In this document: positions 29,758 through 39,094 of the stretch, piece by piece
How the letters are laid out: every line of letters starts with the position of its first letter
Position numbering within the stretch: the first letter of the stretch is position 1
Origin: an uncultured Odoribacter sp.
GTDB lineage: Bacteria > Bacteroidota > Bacteroidia > Bacteroidales > Marinifilaceae
Direction: 5' to 3'
Assembly (NCBI GenBank): GCA_945900015.1
Contig: CAMDJC010000004.1
Span: 8,679-72,678, forward strand
DNA length: 64,000 nt
The notes under the pieces: generated by a model
What the model was told of the DNA's origin: nothing
Databases searched by the model: none
Seen by the model: the letters and a program-made list of their open reading frames with translations, nothing else
Made by a program: the position numbers and the translations under genes

Positions 29758-31989
29758 TTACATTTTAAATAGGTCTGCTATATTTATACCCAACGTACCC
29801 ACCACTTCTATTCCACGTTGTGGAATAACAGATGAATCCGTAGCCCCATTTTTAGCTTTCAAATTCAATAAATTGTCCAATCCCAGCGTGAAACGCACCC
29901 CTCTCGGAAAACGAGCAGACAAATTCAAATCAATGGAAGTATTGGCATAATAAGGAGTGCGAGTATATACACCCTCCTCATCTTTACTCCAAACATCCAC
30001 CTTGGAAGACCAACGCCCATTCAAGGCTACAGAGGTCTTCACCTTTCCATACTGCCGGGCATAATTTGTTGTAAATGTCAAGCTGTGAGGCCGAAATACA
30101 GAGGTATTATATCCACCATCCGTTTTGTCATCAGGATTTACATAAGAATAGGAACCGTTGAATGTAAATCCACAATCCAAACGTACCTGCCCCATAACGT
30201 CAATACCATATTTCCTACTACTTTCATGATTAAAATATTTCTGAGCATTGGTTCCGTCATCCGCTTCATAATATCCTAAATAGATCTCGTTTTCATATTT
30301 TGTACAATAACCTGATACAGAACCATTAAATACCCCTTTGGTATATTCAAGAGACAATGTCCCCTGATGACTTTTTTCAGGTTTTAAATCCGGATTTCCA
30401 TAAATCATAAAACCAAAACCTCCCATTTGATAGGAGGCATACAACTCTTTTAAAGTCGGCAAACGAAAACCCATACCATACCCACCTCGTAAAGCAAAAT
30501 CACCTAAACGATAAAGCATAGAGATTTTCGGACTGGCATGAAAGCCATAATCAGAATGACAGTCTGTACGAACACCGGCAACCAAACTGAACTGTTTGGC
30601 TATTTTCCATTCTTCTTGTAAATACAATACATAATTCTGAAACTTATACTCCAAATTTGCCTCTTTATCAAACCAATAGTGCTTCATCCGTTGTGTATAA
30701 ACTTCCAATCCTGCAGTCAAAATATGTTTTTCATTCAGTTTACCAGAATAGTTCAATCGTACATTATTGGTAAAATCCTCCATCGTCTTCCTGTCAGGAG
30801 CATCATCAGCATATATTTCATGCTTACTATAATCATCAAGCATATAACTCAACGTCAAAGCATGATTAGTATTCAAGATATAGGTCAGTTTCGGATTTAA
30901 TGAAAATGTTTCGTTCCGATTTTGAACGCCCTCACTTTCATAAGGGTCCTGCAAATTATTACGATAATAACTACCAGCTAATTCAGCTTTCAAATTATCT
31001 GTAAATGAATACCCTAAACGCTCGCAGACAGACCAGGCATCATAACCCAACACTTGAGATGTTTTTTTATCAGCGGTGTCACGAATAATTACTCCGTCCT
31101 TATTTGTTTCTGTAATTTGTCCCTCCTCATCTTGTACTGTATAAGGATCTCGTTTACGATAAGATACTGATGTTAAAGAGGAAAAACGACTCAATTTTGT
31201 ACCGACTGAAGCAGCGTACTTCATTTCATTTTTATTACCCCAACGGGCTGTTACGTCCGCCGTTAACGGGCGATCTGCATTTTTTGTAATGATATTGACC
31301 ACCCCTCCCATCGCCTGTGCTCCATAAAGAGTAGACATCGCTCCTTTGACGACCTCTATACGGGCAATATTATCAATATCAATACGGTCAAAATCTATAT
31401 TACCATTTGCTCCTTCCCCTCCGATGCGCTCTCCGTCAATTAAAAACAATACATATCCGCCGGCAGCTCCCTGAAACTTCAACTCCGGCAAATTAGAACC
31501 ATGCGCAACACCAAATTGCAAACCAGGCAAAGCAAATTCCAATAAGTTCTGAAAATCGATCGGATTTATCTGCTCTATTTCCCGCTGGGAAATCACGCGA
31601 GTCAATACCGGAGACTCTTTTAAGGGTTTCGGTGTACGAGTACCCGTTATTACAACCTCATCCATGGAATTACGAGCCTCTTGCAGCCGAATTGTCACCA
31701 CTGCACTTTCATCACCATTCCACGTATATTCCTGTGTCTTATAACCGACAAAGCTAATACGCAAAACTTGACTGCCGAATTTACGGAGAGCTATGGCAAA
31801 CTCGCCTTGTGCATTAGTTCCAGCTCCGATGGTTGTACCTTTTACCCAAACAGAAGCACCCGGTAAGGGCGCTCCTGCTTCATCCAATACTACTCCCCTA
31901 ATTGTACAAACAACAACAGGAGCCGTTTCTTCTTCCGCCCATACAGGCAAAGCCAACAGGACGAACACAAACCATAGTATCTTCTGCAT
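29758..31989 (-). CDS. hmuR: TonB-dependent heme receptor with N-terminal carboxypeptidase-regulatory-like domain
   Basis: DEVVITGTRT TonB box; IARIEVVKGAMSTLYGAQAMGGVVNIIT plug; FRLPTLKELY. Confidence 0.85.
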   Translation of the reverse strand: MQKILWFVFVLLALPVWAEEETAPVVVCTIRGVVLDEAGAPLPGASVWVKGTTIGAGTNAQGEFAIALRKFGSQVLRISFVGYKTQEYTWNGDESAVVTIRLQEARNSMDEVVITGTRTPKPLKESPVLTRVISQREIEQINPIDFQNLLEFALPGLQFGVAHGSNLPELKFQGAAGGYVLFLIDGERIGGEGANGNIDFDRIDIDNIARIEVVKGAMSTLYGAQAMGGVVNIITKNADRPLTADVTARWGNKNEMKYAASVGTKLSRFSSLTSVSYRKRDPYTVQDEEGQITETNKDGVIIRDTADKKTSQVLGYDAWSVCERLGYSFTDNLKAELAGSYYRNNLQDPYESEGVQNRNETFSLNPKLTYILNTNHALTLSYMLDDYSKHEIYADDAPDRKTMEDFTNNVRLNYSGKLNEKHILTAGLEVYTQRMKHYWFDKEANLEYKFQNYVLYLQEEWKIAKQFSLVAGVRTDCHSDYGFHASPKISMLYRLGDFALRGGYGMGFRLPTLKELYASYQMGGFGFMIYGNPDLKPEKSHQGTLSLEYTKGVFNGSVSGYCTKYENEIYLGYYEADDGTNAQKYFNHESSRKYGIDVMGQVRLDCGFTFNGSYSYVNPDDKTDGGYNTSVFRPHSLTFTTNYARQYGKVKTSVALNGRWSSKVDVWSKDEEGVYTRTPYYANTSIDLNLSARFPRGVRFTLGLDNLLNLKAKNGATDSSVIPQRGIEVVGTLGINIADLFKM

Positions 31990-32017
31990 AAATATTATAA
32001 GAATGGGTTGTAACTAT

Positions 32018-33052
32018 TTATTTCACTTCTCCATAATAAAACTTGGCAGCTGTTTTTCCTCCATAAGTATAGGCTGTAAATTTCATCTTCCACACCTTAC
32101 CATCCACTTTCACAACAAATACATTATCATTCAATGTGTACGTATACGGAGGCATTGTTCCTGTAGGAGTTGCAGTCACCCAACCGCCTAATTCCTTATT
32201 CAACTTCACATCCTGAAAACCGACATATCCCAATTGCATATTAGTCATATCAGCCATTACAGAACCATCCGTATCTGCAACCATTTCACTTTCTGCAGGA
32301 AGATTTGTAGTATTTACCGCATCCAAATCTGTTGTTGTCATTTTTTTGACCAAGCCGCTATTTGTCCGGATATCATATTTATGTATTGCAATATCCCAAT
32401 CCAATGCCGACTCTTCAGCTGCATCAACACCATATACATAATTATTGGCTACAGTTGCCGAATAATTTGCAGTAATATCCATTGGCATAGCACCGGGACG
32501 CAATTTACACTCCAAAGCAAGCGCTTCCCCTTTAGCTGTACCAATCGTACCATCAACAGTCAACTTGTAGATAATAGAACCACCCTTACCATCTTCAACT
32601 ATATTATCTGTTGCTGTTCCTGTCAACTTCCATACATTTCCCTCTTTGATTGCCTTAGAATGAGTTTTCACAGTAAAAGGAGTCGGTTTTCCAGAAGTCC
32701 CCGGCATAGACATCACCAAATCAGACAAAATAATCTCCACACTGTCGGCAGAAATACGATTGATAATCATTGGTTGCTCATCAATTGAAACTATCGTTGC
32801 AAACATCCCAGTCCCTTTCAAAGGCCCTTTATACAATCCGGTTACAGCACCTTCCTCTTTCTTAATTGCCAATTTCTTTACCTCACCTGTCTCAAAATTA
32901 AAATAAGACCATGCGCCATATTCATGAGCCTCTACCGTTTTTTCAGTATAAGCACCATCATATTTACCACCATCCTCCTCATCATCCGAACAAGCTGTAA
33001 ATGCCACTCCCAGCATCATCCAAGCCACTAAAAATAAATTTGTCTTTTTCAT
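32018..33052 (-). CDS. hmuY: HmuY family lipoprotein with internal insertion
   Basis: Lipobox FTAC; WSYFNFETG, DWDIAIHKYDIRTNSG, WKMKFTAY motifs; first gene of the operon. Confidence 0.85.
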   Translation of the reverse strand: MKKTNLFLVAWMMLGVAFTACSDDEEDGGKYDGAYTEKTVEAHEYGAWSYFNFETGEVKKLAIKKEEGAVTGLYKGPLKGTGMFATIVSIDEQPMIINRISADSVEIILSDLVMSMPGTSGKPTPFTVKTHSKAIKEGNVWKLTGTATDNIVEDGKGGSIIYKLTVDGTIGTAKGEALALECKLRPGAMPMDITANYSATVANNYVYGVDAAEESALDWDIAIHKYDIRTNSGLVKKMTTTDLDAVNTTNLPAESEMVADTDGSVMADMTNMQLGYVGFQDVKLNKELGGWVTATPTGTMPPYTYTLNDNVFVVKVDGKVWKMKFTAYTYGGKTAAKFYYGEVK

Positions 33053-33087
33053 ATTATTAATCTATAAAATATCATTTTCAAGCATTG

Positions 33088-33095
33088 CAAAAGTA
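33088..33095 (-). promoter_or_regulatory. hmu promoter -7 box (TACTTTTG)
   Basis: TAnnTTTG 36 nt upstream of the hmuY ATG. Confidence 0.6.
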
Positions 33096-33224
33096 GATGG
33101 AAGGCATGGGCTCGACAATCCCCAATAATGATGAAAGAAACATACCCCTTAATCATTTATAGGTAGCAGAACTTTTATTGCATTTTATTTTCTTCTGGAT
33201 ATTTCCAATTTTCAATTAATTGAT

Positions 33225-33232
33225 TACTTTTG
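33225..33232 (+). promoter_or_regulatory. -7 box (TACTTTTG) for the riboswitch transcript
   Basis: TAnnTTTG a few nt before riboswitch P1. Confidence 0.65.
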
Positions 33233-33236
33233 CCCA

Positions 33237-33416
33237 TGTACTGGTTTTCCTATTGTCATTCGGCAAGGGAAATAAAAGGGAATCAGGTGCAAATCCTGAA
33301 CAGGCCCCGCTGCTGTGAACCTCAATAGAGTTTCAGGGCAATACTCCTGCCACTGTCTTCATTTAACAAGACGGGAAGGCGCCCGAAACGAAGTAAGTCA
33401 GAAGACCTGCCGTACA
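33237..33416 (+). ncRNA. Cobalamin (AdoCbl) riboswitch
   Basis: AAAAGGGAATCAGGTGCAAATCCTGAACAG-CCCCGCTGCTGTGAA, GCCACTG, GGGAAGGC, and B12-box AGTCAGAAGACCTGCC; P1 TGTAC/GTACA. Confidence 0.92.
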
Positions 33417-33623
33417 AGCAAATGTCTGCACTCTCGTGGATTTAGAGGGAGACGACTGCGCATATATGTTTACTGTACTGTGAAAAACACCGGAGGTGGA
33501 ATTAATGTATACAAGGACATAATTATGTGGCCATGATTCCTATGATACATTCCTTTCATTTGAAGGATCCGCAAGTCGCATCCTGCCGGTGTTTTCTTTT
33601 TTTGTCCTTATTAAAGAAGAGAT

Positions 33624-33656
33624 AAAAAAAGTCACAGGTCGGCTAAAACCTGTGAC
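33624..33656 (-). terminator. Intrinsic terminator
   Basis: GTCACAGG-N10-CCTGTGAC followed by T7 on the minus strand. Confidence 0.8.
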
Positions 33657-33705
33657 ATTGCAACTATAAATATTAATCAATAAAACGTTCTCATTTCTGA
33701 CATTA

Positions 33706-33736
33706 CAAAGATAGGGGCTAAATACAACCTGTACAA
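33706..33736 (-). promoter_or_regulatory. sigmaA promoter TTG-20nt-TATCTTTG downstream of nadD
   Basis: -7 at 33706-13, -33 TTG at 33734-36. Confidence 0.6.
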
Positions 33737-33788
33737 TCACCTATTTTAGGTAATTGCCCTCAAAATACTCATCACATATAGGGAGAAA

Positions 33789-34355
33789 TCAGTAGTAACG
33801 TTTCACCAAACTAACAATATTAGCCGGAACATCCATTGATATATCTTCGCCCATCTTCACTTTACGGCGAATTTCTGTGGATGAAATATCTGCCAAGGGA
33901 GCATCAACCAACGTAACATTGCCTACCGGACATTCTGATAAAATTACTCCAGGACGCGGATAAACCAAAATAGGGAATTGCAATAAAATATCTTCAGCAT
34001 TACGCCATTCTCGAAAACGCAGCAAGTTGTCACCACCTATGATTAATGCAAAACTCGTATTCGGGAAATTCCCTTGCAAAACTTTCAATGTCTGATAAGT
34101 ATAAGAAGGCCGCGGCATAGAAAATTCTACATCCACGGCTTTCATGCGTATGTCATTGCCAATAGCCGCGGTCACCAGTTCCAGACGCTTCTTTTCGTCC
34201 AATAGCGAACTATCAACCTTCCACGGATTTTGAGGAGACACCACAAACCACACCTCAGTGCAATATCCGGCATCCAACAAATATTCGGCTATTTTAAAAT
34301 GACCGTTGTGCAAAGGATTAAAGGAACCGAAAAAAAGTCCGACCAGAGGATTCAT
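33789..34355 (-). CDS. nadD: Nicotinate-nucleotide adenylyltransferase
   Basis: GSFNPLHNGH, SPQNPWK, PRPSYT, ISSTEIR. Confidence 0.95.
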   Translation of the reverse strand: MNPLVGLFFGSFNPLHNGHFKIAEYLLDAGYCTEVWFVVSPQNPWKVDSSLLDEKKRLELVTAAIGNDIRMKAVDVEFSMPRPSYTYQTLKVLQGNFPNTSFALIIGGDNLLRFREWRNAEDILLQFPILVYPRPGVILSECPVGNVTLVDAPLADISSTEIRRKVKMGEDISMDVPANIVSLVKRYY

Positions 34356-34369
34356 GCTATATATCGCTT

Positions 34370-34936
34370 TTATAATGACAAAAATGCCCTCACTTTATGC
34401 TCAGCTTCTTCTAATGCCTGATTCAAATCGTCATTTACAACAATTGTATCAAACTTTTCTGCAAATGCCATTTCATATTCAGCTTTTGCTATCCGCTCAC
34501 GAATTTTCTCAGGAGCATCTGTACCACGTCCTATCAGACGCTTTTCTAATTCCTCCACAGAAGGCGGCTGCACAAAAACTGACAATGCCTGTTCTCCGAA
34601 TTTTCTTTTAATATTTACACCACCAACAACGTCTACATCAAAAAGCACAGCATTCCCTTTTGCCCATATTCTTTCAACTTCACTTAATAGAGTTCCATAA
34701 AAACAACCTGGATAAACCTCTTCATATTCTAAAAAATCACCAGCATCAATGTGTTTCTTAAACTCTTTCTGTGTAAAAAAATAATATTCGCGTCCATGTT
34801 GTTCCTCACCCCGAGGTAAACGACAAGTTGCTGAAATGGAAAATTCCAATCCCAAATTCTTTTTCAAAAGATGGTTAATAATGGTACTTTTACCAGAACC
34901 ACTCGGCGCTGAAAATATAATCACTTTCCCTTTCAT
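34370..34936 (-). CDS. gmk: Guanylate kinase
   Basis: Start MKGKVIIFSAPSGSGKST; YEEVY..FYGT; RGTD. Confidence 0.96.
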   Translation of the reverse strand: MKGKVIIFSAPSGSGKSTIINHLLKKNLGLEFSISATCRLPRGEEQHGREYYFFTQKEFKKHIDAGDFLEYEEVYPGCFYGTLLSEVERIWAKGNAVLFDVDVVGGVNIKRKFGEQALSVFVQPPSVEELEKRLIGRGTDAPEKIRERIAKAEYEMAFAEKFDTIVVNDDLNQALEEAEHKVRAFLSL

Positions 34937-34940
34937 AAAA

Positions 34941-35819
34941 CTACAATACATTAAGACTTTGCTCTTTGATTTTTTCCAACTCATCCTTCATCTTCACCAC
35001 CAATTTCTGAATATCATGATCGTTCGCTTTCGACCCCATTGTATTGATTTCACGACCTATTTCCTGTGCAATAAAACCGATTTTCCGTCCTGGTGCCTCT
35101 TCTTTCTCAACAGTTTCCAAAAAATACTTGCAATGATTGGCCAATCGTACCTTTTCTTCTGTGATATCCAGTTTTTCTAAATAATATATTATCTCCTGCT
35201 CCAAACGGTTTTGATCTATATTTTTTACATCTGTCCACTCATTGATCTTTTCCTGCAATTTCTGACGAATCACCTCTACTCGACGTTTTTCAAAAGCAGG
35301 TACTTGAGCAGATAACTCCTGAATCAAAGCGATGCGATGAGTAATATCTTTTATCAATGCAGCCCCTTCTTGAAGACGGAAACGATTCATCTCTTCTAAG
35401 GCATTCTCTACACCTACATGTAAAACAGTCCATTCTTCTTCATCTAATTCTTCTGCTTTCACTTGTAACGTATCAGGGAAACGCATCACAGTCTGTAACA
35501 AAGCACTCTTATCTGTATCCACCCCCAACTGTTCTGATATTTCCAACATCTGGTTAAAATATTGAGTCACTACCGAACGATTGATTACAACATCTTTTTC
35601 AGACTCGGCATTATCAAAGTAAATCACCATATCCACTTTGCCTCTATCCAGACGTTCTTTTACCAACCCTCTGATTTCCATTTCTTTTTCCTTATAAAGA
35701 TTTGGAATACGCAAATTCAAATCCAACTGTTTGGAATTTAAACTTTTAATCTCAATAATGATTTTCTTATTTCTGAATTCAACAGTAGTCTTGCCGAATC
35801 CGGTCATTGATTTTACCAT
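34941..35819 (-). CDS. yicC: YicC/YloC family endoribonuclease
   Basis: SMTGFG, RGKVD, DITEEKVRL, QEIGREINTMGSK. Confidence 0.94.
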   Translation of the reverse strand: MVKSMTGFGKTTVEFRNKKIIIEIKSLNSKQLDLNLRIPNLYKEKEMEIRGLVKERLDRGKVDMVIYFDNAESEKDVVINRSVVTQYFNQMLEISEQLGVDTDKSALLQTVMRFPDTLQVKAEELDEEEWTVLHVGVENALEEMNRFRLQEGAALIKDITHRIALIQELSAQVPAFEKRRVEVIRQKLQEKINEWTDVKNIDQNRLEQEIIYYLEKLDITEEKVRLANHCKYFLETVEKEEAPGRKIGFIAQEIGREINTMGSKANDHDIQKLVVKMKDELEKIKEQSLNVL

Positions 35820-35937
35820 AGCATTTGATTTAAAGAGTCTTTGTCTAAAAACGCTGTAAAGATACTCAAAACATACAATACTTTACAAACTAAATTTTAC
35901 TATCTTTACGGCCTGATTTAATCCTATTATATTGCAC

Positions 35938-37725
35938 ATGGAAAATATCCGTAACTTCTGTATTATAGCTCATATCGACCATGGTAAAAGCACCCTGGCC
36001 GACCGTCTATTGGAATATACCGGCACTGTTACCGGCAAAGACCTGCAAGCCCAGGTGCTTGACGACATGGATTTGGAACGCGAACGCGGCATCACAATTA
36101 AAAGCCACGCCATACAAATGGACTATATATACAAGGGAACAAAATACATTCTCAACCTGATAGATACCCCGGGACACGTTGACTTTTCGTATGAAGTATC
36201 CCGCTCCATTGCAGCTTGCGAAGGCGCTTTATTAATTGTCGATGCCACGCAAGGAATACAGGCTCAAACCATATCTAATCTGTATCTCGCAGTAGAAAAC
36301 AACTTGGAAATCATTCCTGTATTAAACAAAATGGACATGCCAAATGCCATGCCGGAAGAGGTGAAAGACCAAATTATCGAACTTATCGGTTGCAAGCGAG
36401 ATGATATCATTGAAGCCAGTGGCAAAACCGGTTTAGGAGTAGAAGAGATTCTCCACGCCATTGTAGAACGTGTACCCCACCCAGTAGGTTCTCCTTCACA
36501 ACCATTACAAGCATTGATTTTCGACTCGGAATTTAATTCATTTCGAGGAATCATCACCTATTGCCGTATTATCAATGGCAGTCTGAAAACAGGCGATTTA
36601 GTAAAATTTGTCAATACCGGTAAAGAATATACAGCTGACGAAATCGGTGTGCTCCGTCTTAAACCGGAACCTCGAGCAGAACTAAAGACCGGAGATGTCG
36701 GATATATCATCTCAGGTATCAAAACCTCTTCAGAAGTAAAGGTCGGAGATACCATCACTCATGTAAACAGACCATGTGATGTAGCCATTGACGGATTTGA
36801 AGAGGTTAAACCTATGGTATTTGCAGGTATTTATCCTATCGAATCTGAAGATTATGAAGATTTGCGAGCCTCTATAGAAAAGTTGCAACTCAATGATGCA
36901 TCCCTCACTTTTGAACCGGAATCATCCGCAGCTTTGGGGTTTGGATTCCGTTGCGGCTTCTTAGGCATGTTGCACATGGAAATCGTACAAGAACGTTTGG
37001 ACAGAGAGTTCAATATGAACGTAATTACAACTGTACCCAACGTAATGTATATTGCACACACAACCAAAGGCAATGTATATGAAATGCACAACCCTTCGGA
37101 TATGCCATCTGCAAACACACTTGATTACATTGAAGAACCATTTATCCGGGCACAAATTATTACCCCAGCCGATTATATCGGTCCAATCATGACTCTCTGC
37201 TTGGGCAAACGAGGTATCCTATTGAACCAACAATACCATACAGGAAACCGTATAGAAATTACCTACGAGATGCCATTAGGAGAGATTGTATTTGATTTCT
37301 ATGATAAATTGAAGAGTATTACCAAAGGATATGCCTCTTTCGATTATTACCAAATCGGCTATCGCAAGGCCAATCTGGTAAAATTGGACATTCTATTAAA
37401 TGGAGAATCTGTTGACGCCCTCTCAGCATTGATTCACTTCGATAATGCTTATGCTTTCGGACGTCGCATTTGCGAAAAACTGAAAGATTTGATACCACGA
37501 CAGCAATTTGATATTGCAGTACAAGCTGCTATCGGAGCTAAAGTTATTGCTCGAGAAACAATCAAAGCAGTCCGAAAGGATGTAACAGCCAAATGCTATG
37601 GAGGTGATATCTCGCGTAAAAGAAAACTGCTGGAAAAACAAAAAGCCGGTAAGAAACGTATGAAACAAATCGGAAATGTTGAAGTACCACAAAAAGCCTT
37701 TTTAGCAGTTTTGAAATTAGACTAA
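35938..37725 (+). CDS. lepA: Translation elongation factor 4
   Basis: [45 protein letters not shown]. Confidence 0.98.
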   Translation: MENIRNFCIIAHIDHGKSTLADRLLEYTGTVTGKDLQAQVLDDMDLERERGITIKSHAIQMDYIYKGTKYILNLIDTPGHVDFSYEVSRSIAACEGALLIVDATQGIQAQTISNLYLAVENNLEIIPVLNKMDMPNAMPEEVKDQIIELIGCKRDDIIEASGKTGLGVEEILHAIVERVPHPVGSPSQPLQALIFDSEFNSFRGIITYCRIINGSLKTGDLVKFVNTGKEYTADEIGVLRLKPEPRAELKTGDVGYIISGIKTSSEVKVGDTITHVNRPCDVAIDGFEEVKPMVFAGIYPIESEDYEDLRASIEKLQLNDASLTFEPESSAALGFGFRCGFLGMLHMEIVQERLDREFNMNVITTVPNVMYIAHTTKGNVYEMHNPSDMPSANTLDYIEEPFIRAQIITPADYIGPIMTLCLGKRGILLNQQYHTGNRIEITYEMPLGEIVFDFYDKLKSITKGYASFDYYQIGYRKANLVKLDILLNGESVDALSALIHFDNAYAFGRRICEKLKDLIPRQQFDIAVQAAIGAKVIARETIKAVRKDVTAKCYGGDISRKRKLLEKQKAGKKRMKQIGNVEVPQKAFLAVLKLD

Positions 37726-37763
37726 AAAAATAAAACCGACTTTTTCAGTCGGTTTTATTTTTT
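37725..37763. terminator. Bidirectional terminator lepA/fucP
   Basis: AAAAAATAAAACCGAC...GTCGGTTTTATTTTTT. Confidence 0.85.
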
Positions 37764-37767
37764 CACT

Positions 37768-39069
37768 CTATTTCATATGAATGGTATAACTTCTATAGCC
37801 ATATATCATCACAACAATAAAACAGACAAACGGCAAAATAAAAGAAACATTCACTGCAGGCAATCCCATGATTGTATGACAATCAATAATAGCAGCCTGT
37901 AATGGAGGCATGATAGAACCACCTAAAATTGCCATAATAAGTCCTGCTGCCCCAAATTTTGCATCCTCACCCAAACCTTGCAAGGCAATGCCATATATAG
38001 TCGGGAACATAAGCGACATACAAGCAGAAACTCCCACAAGACAATATAACCCATAAACATCCTGGAATCCTATCACCCCTGCAGTCAAAACAGCTCCCCC
38101 AACCGCTAGCACCATTAACAATTTACCAGGAGAAACGTATTTCAGCAAGAACGTACAAATAAAACGACTAACACAGAAAATTGCCATTGCAACAATATTA
38201 TATTGCTGCGAAAGAATTTCTCCTTCCTGCTCTGTCATCCCCTGATTCACAAAAATGCGAGTACCATATTGAATGATAAACGTCCATGCCATAATCTGTA
38301 CTCCCACATAAAAAAACTGTGCAATCACACCTTCCCGGTAACGAGGGATAGAGAAAATTCGCTTCAATGCATGTCCTAAATGTAAGGAATGATCCGCATC
38401 AGCATTCTTAGGCATTTTTGTAAAACGTATAACAAAGAAAAGCAACAATACAGCTAAACCGACAACAACATACGGCATAATCAATATCTGCAAATCCGCT
38501 TGTTTAACAGCCTCGAACTCCTCAATCGACAATTGAGCTCGTTCAGCGGTACTCATCGGATTCAATCGAGACTGAATAAAAAACATTGCAGCAAACATAC
38601 CCAATAATGAGCCAATCGGATTAAATGCCTGTGCCAAATTTAAACGACGAGTAGCTGTCCGTTCATCACCCATACTCAAGATATAAGGATTAGAACTTGT
38701 TTCCAAAAAAGATAAACCACAAGTCAATATAAAATAAGCTATCAAAAAAGGATAATAATATCCTAACATACTGGCTGGAATAAAAAGCAATGCGCCCAAG
38801 GCATAGAGTCCCAGCCCCAAAAGAATACCAGTTTTATACGAATATTTTCTTATAAAAAGAGCTGCAGGGAAAGCCATAACAAAATACCCACCATAAAAAG
38901 CCAACTGCACTAAAGCCCCATCAGTCACACTCATTCTAAATATTTTAGAAAAAGCTTTAACCATCGGATTCGTAATATCATTTGCAAATCCCCAAGCAAA
39001 AAACAACGTCGTAACTAAAATAAAGGGAAGAATCAGATTCTTTGGTACCAAAGATGCTTTTGAAGACAT
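37768..39069 (-). CDS. fucP: L-fucose:H+ symporter
   Basis: MFS; RRLNLAQAFNPIG, YVGVQI, MFPTIYGIAL; in the fuc operon. Confidence 0.92.
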   Translation of the reverse strand: MSSKASLVPKNLILPFILVTTLFFAWGFANDITNPMVKAFSKIFRMSVTDGALVQLAFYGGYFVMAFPAALFIRKYSYKTGILLGLGLYALGALLFIPASMLGYYYPFLIAYFILTCGLSFLETSSNPYILSMGDERTATRRLNLAQAFNPIGSLLGMFAAMFFIQSRLNPMSTAERAQLSIEEFEAVKQADLQILIMPYVVVGLAVLLLFFVIRFTKMPKNADADHSLHLGHALKRIFSIPRYREGVIAQFFYVGVQIMAWTFIIQYGTRIFVNQGMTEQEGEILSQQYNIVAMAIFCVSRFICTFLLKYVSPGKLLMVLAVGGAVLTAGVIGFQDVYGLYCLVGVSACMSLMFPTIYGIALQGLGEDAKFGAAGLIMAILGGSIMPPLQAAIIDCHTIMGLPAVNVSFILPFVCFIVVMIYGYRSYTIHMK

Positions 39070-39094
39070 ATCTATTTACATTTAAAGTTCGTTA

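Noticed and set aside
33062-33135. Fur-box-like half sites near the hmuY promoter (GAAAATGATA, ATAATGAT)
   Set aside because: Only partial matches in AT-rich DNA; cannot be supported without a Bacteroidales Fur matrix
25601-33416. Reading the TonB receptor/CobN operon as a riboswitch-controlled B12 uptake or synthesis operon
   Set aside because: The riboswitch is on the opposite strand, and gene order matches hmuYRSTUV
33315-33740. ORFs 33315..33536 (+) and 33540..33740 (-) as real genes
   Set aside because: The first starts inside the aptamer; the second spans a promoter and a terminator. Only the 18-aa tail of the first is kept as a hypothesis
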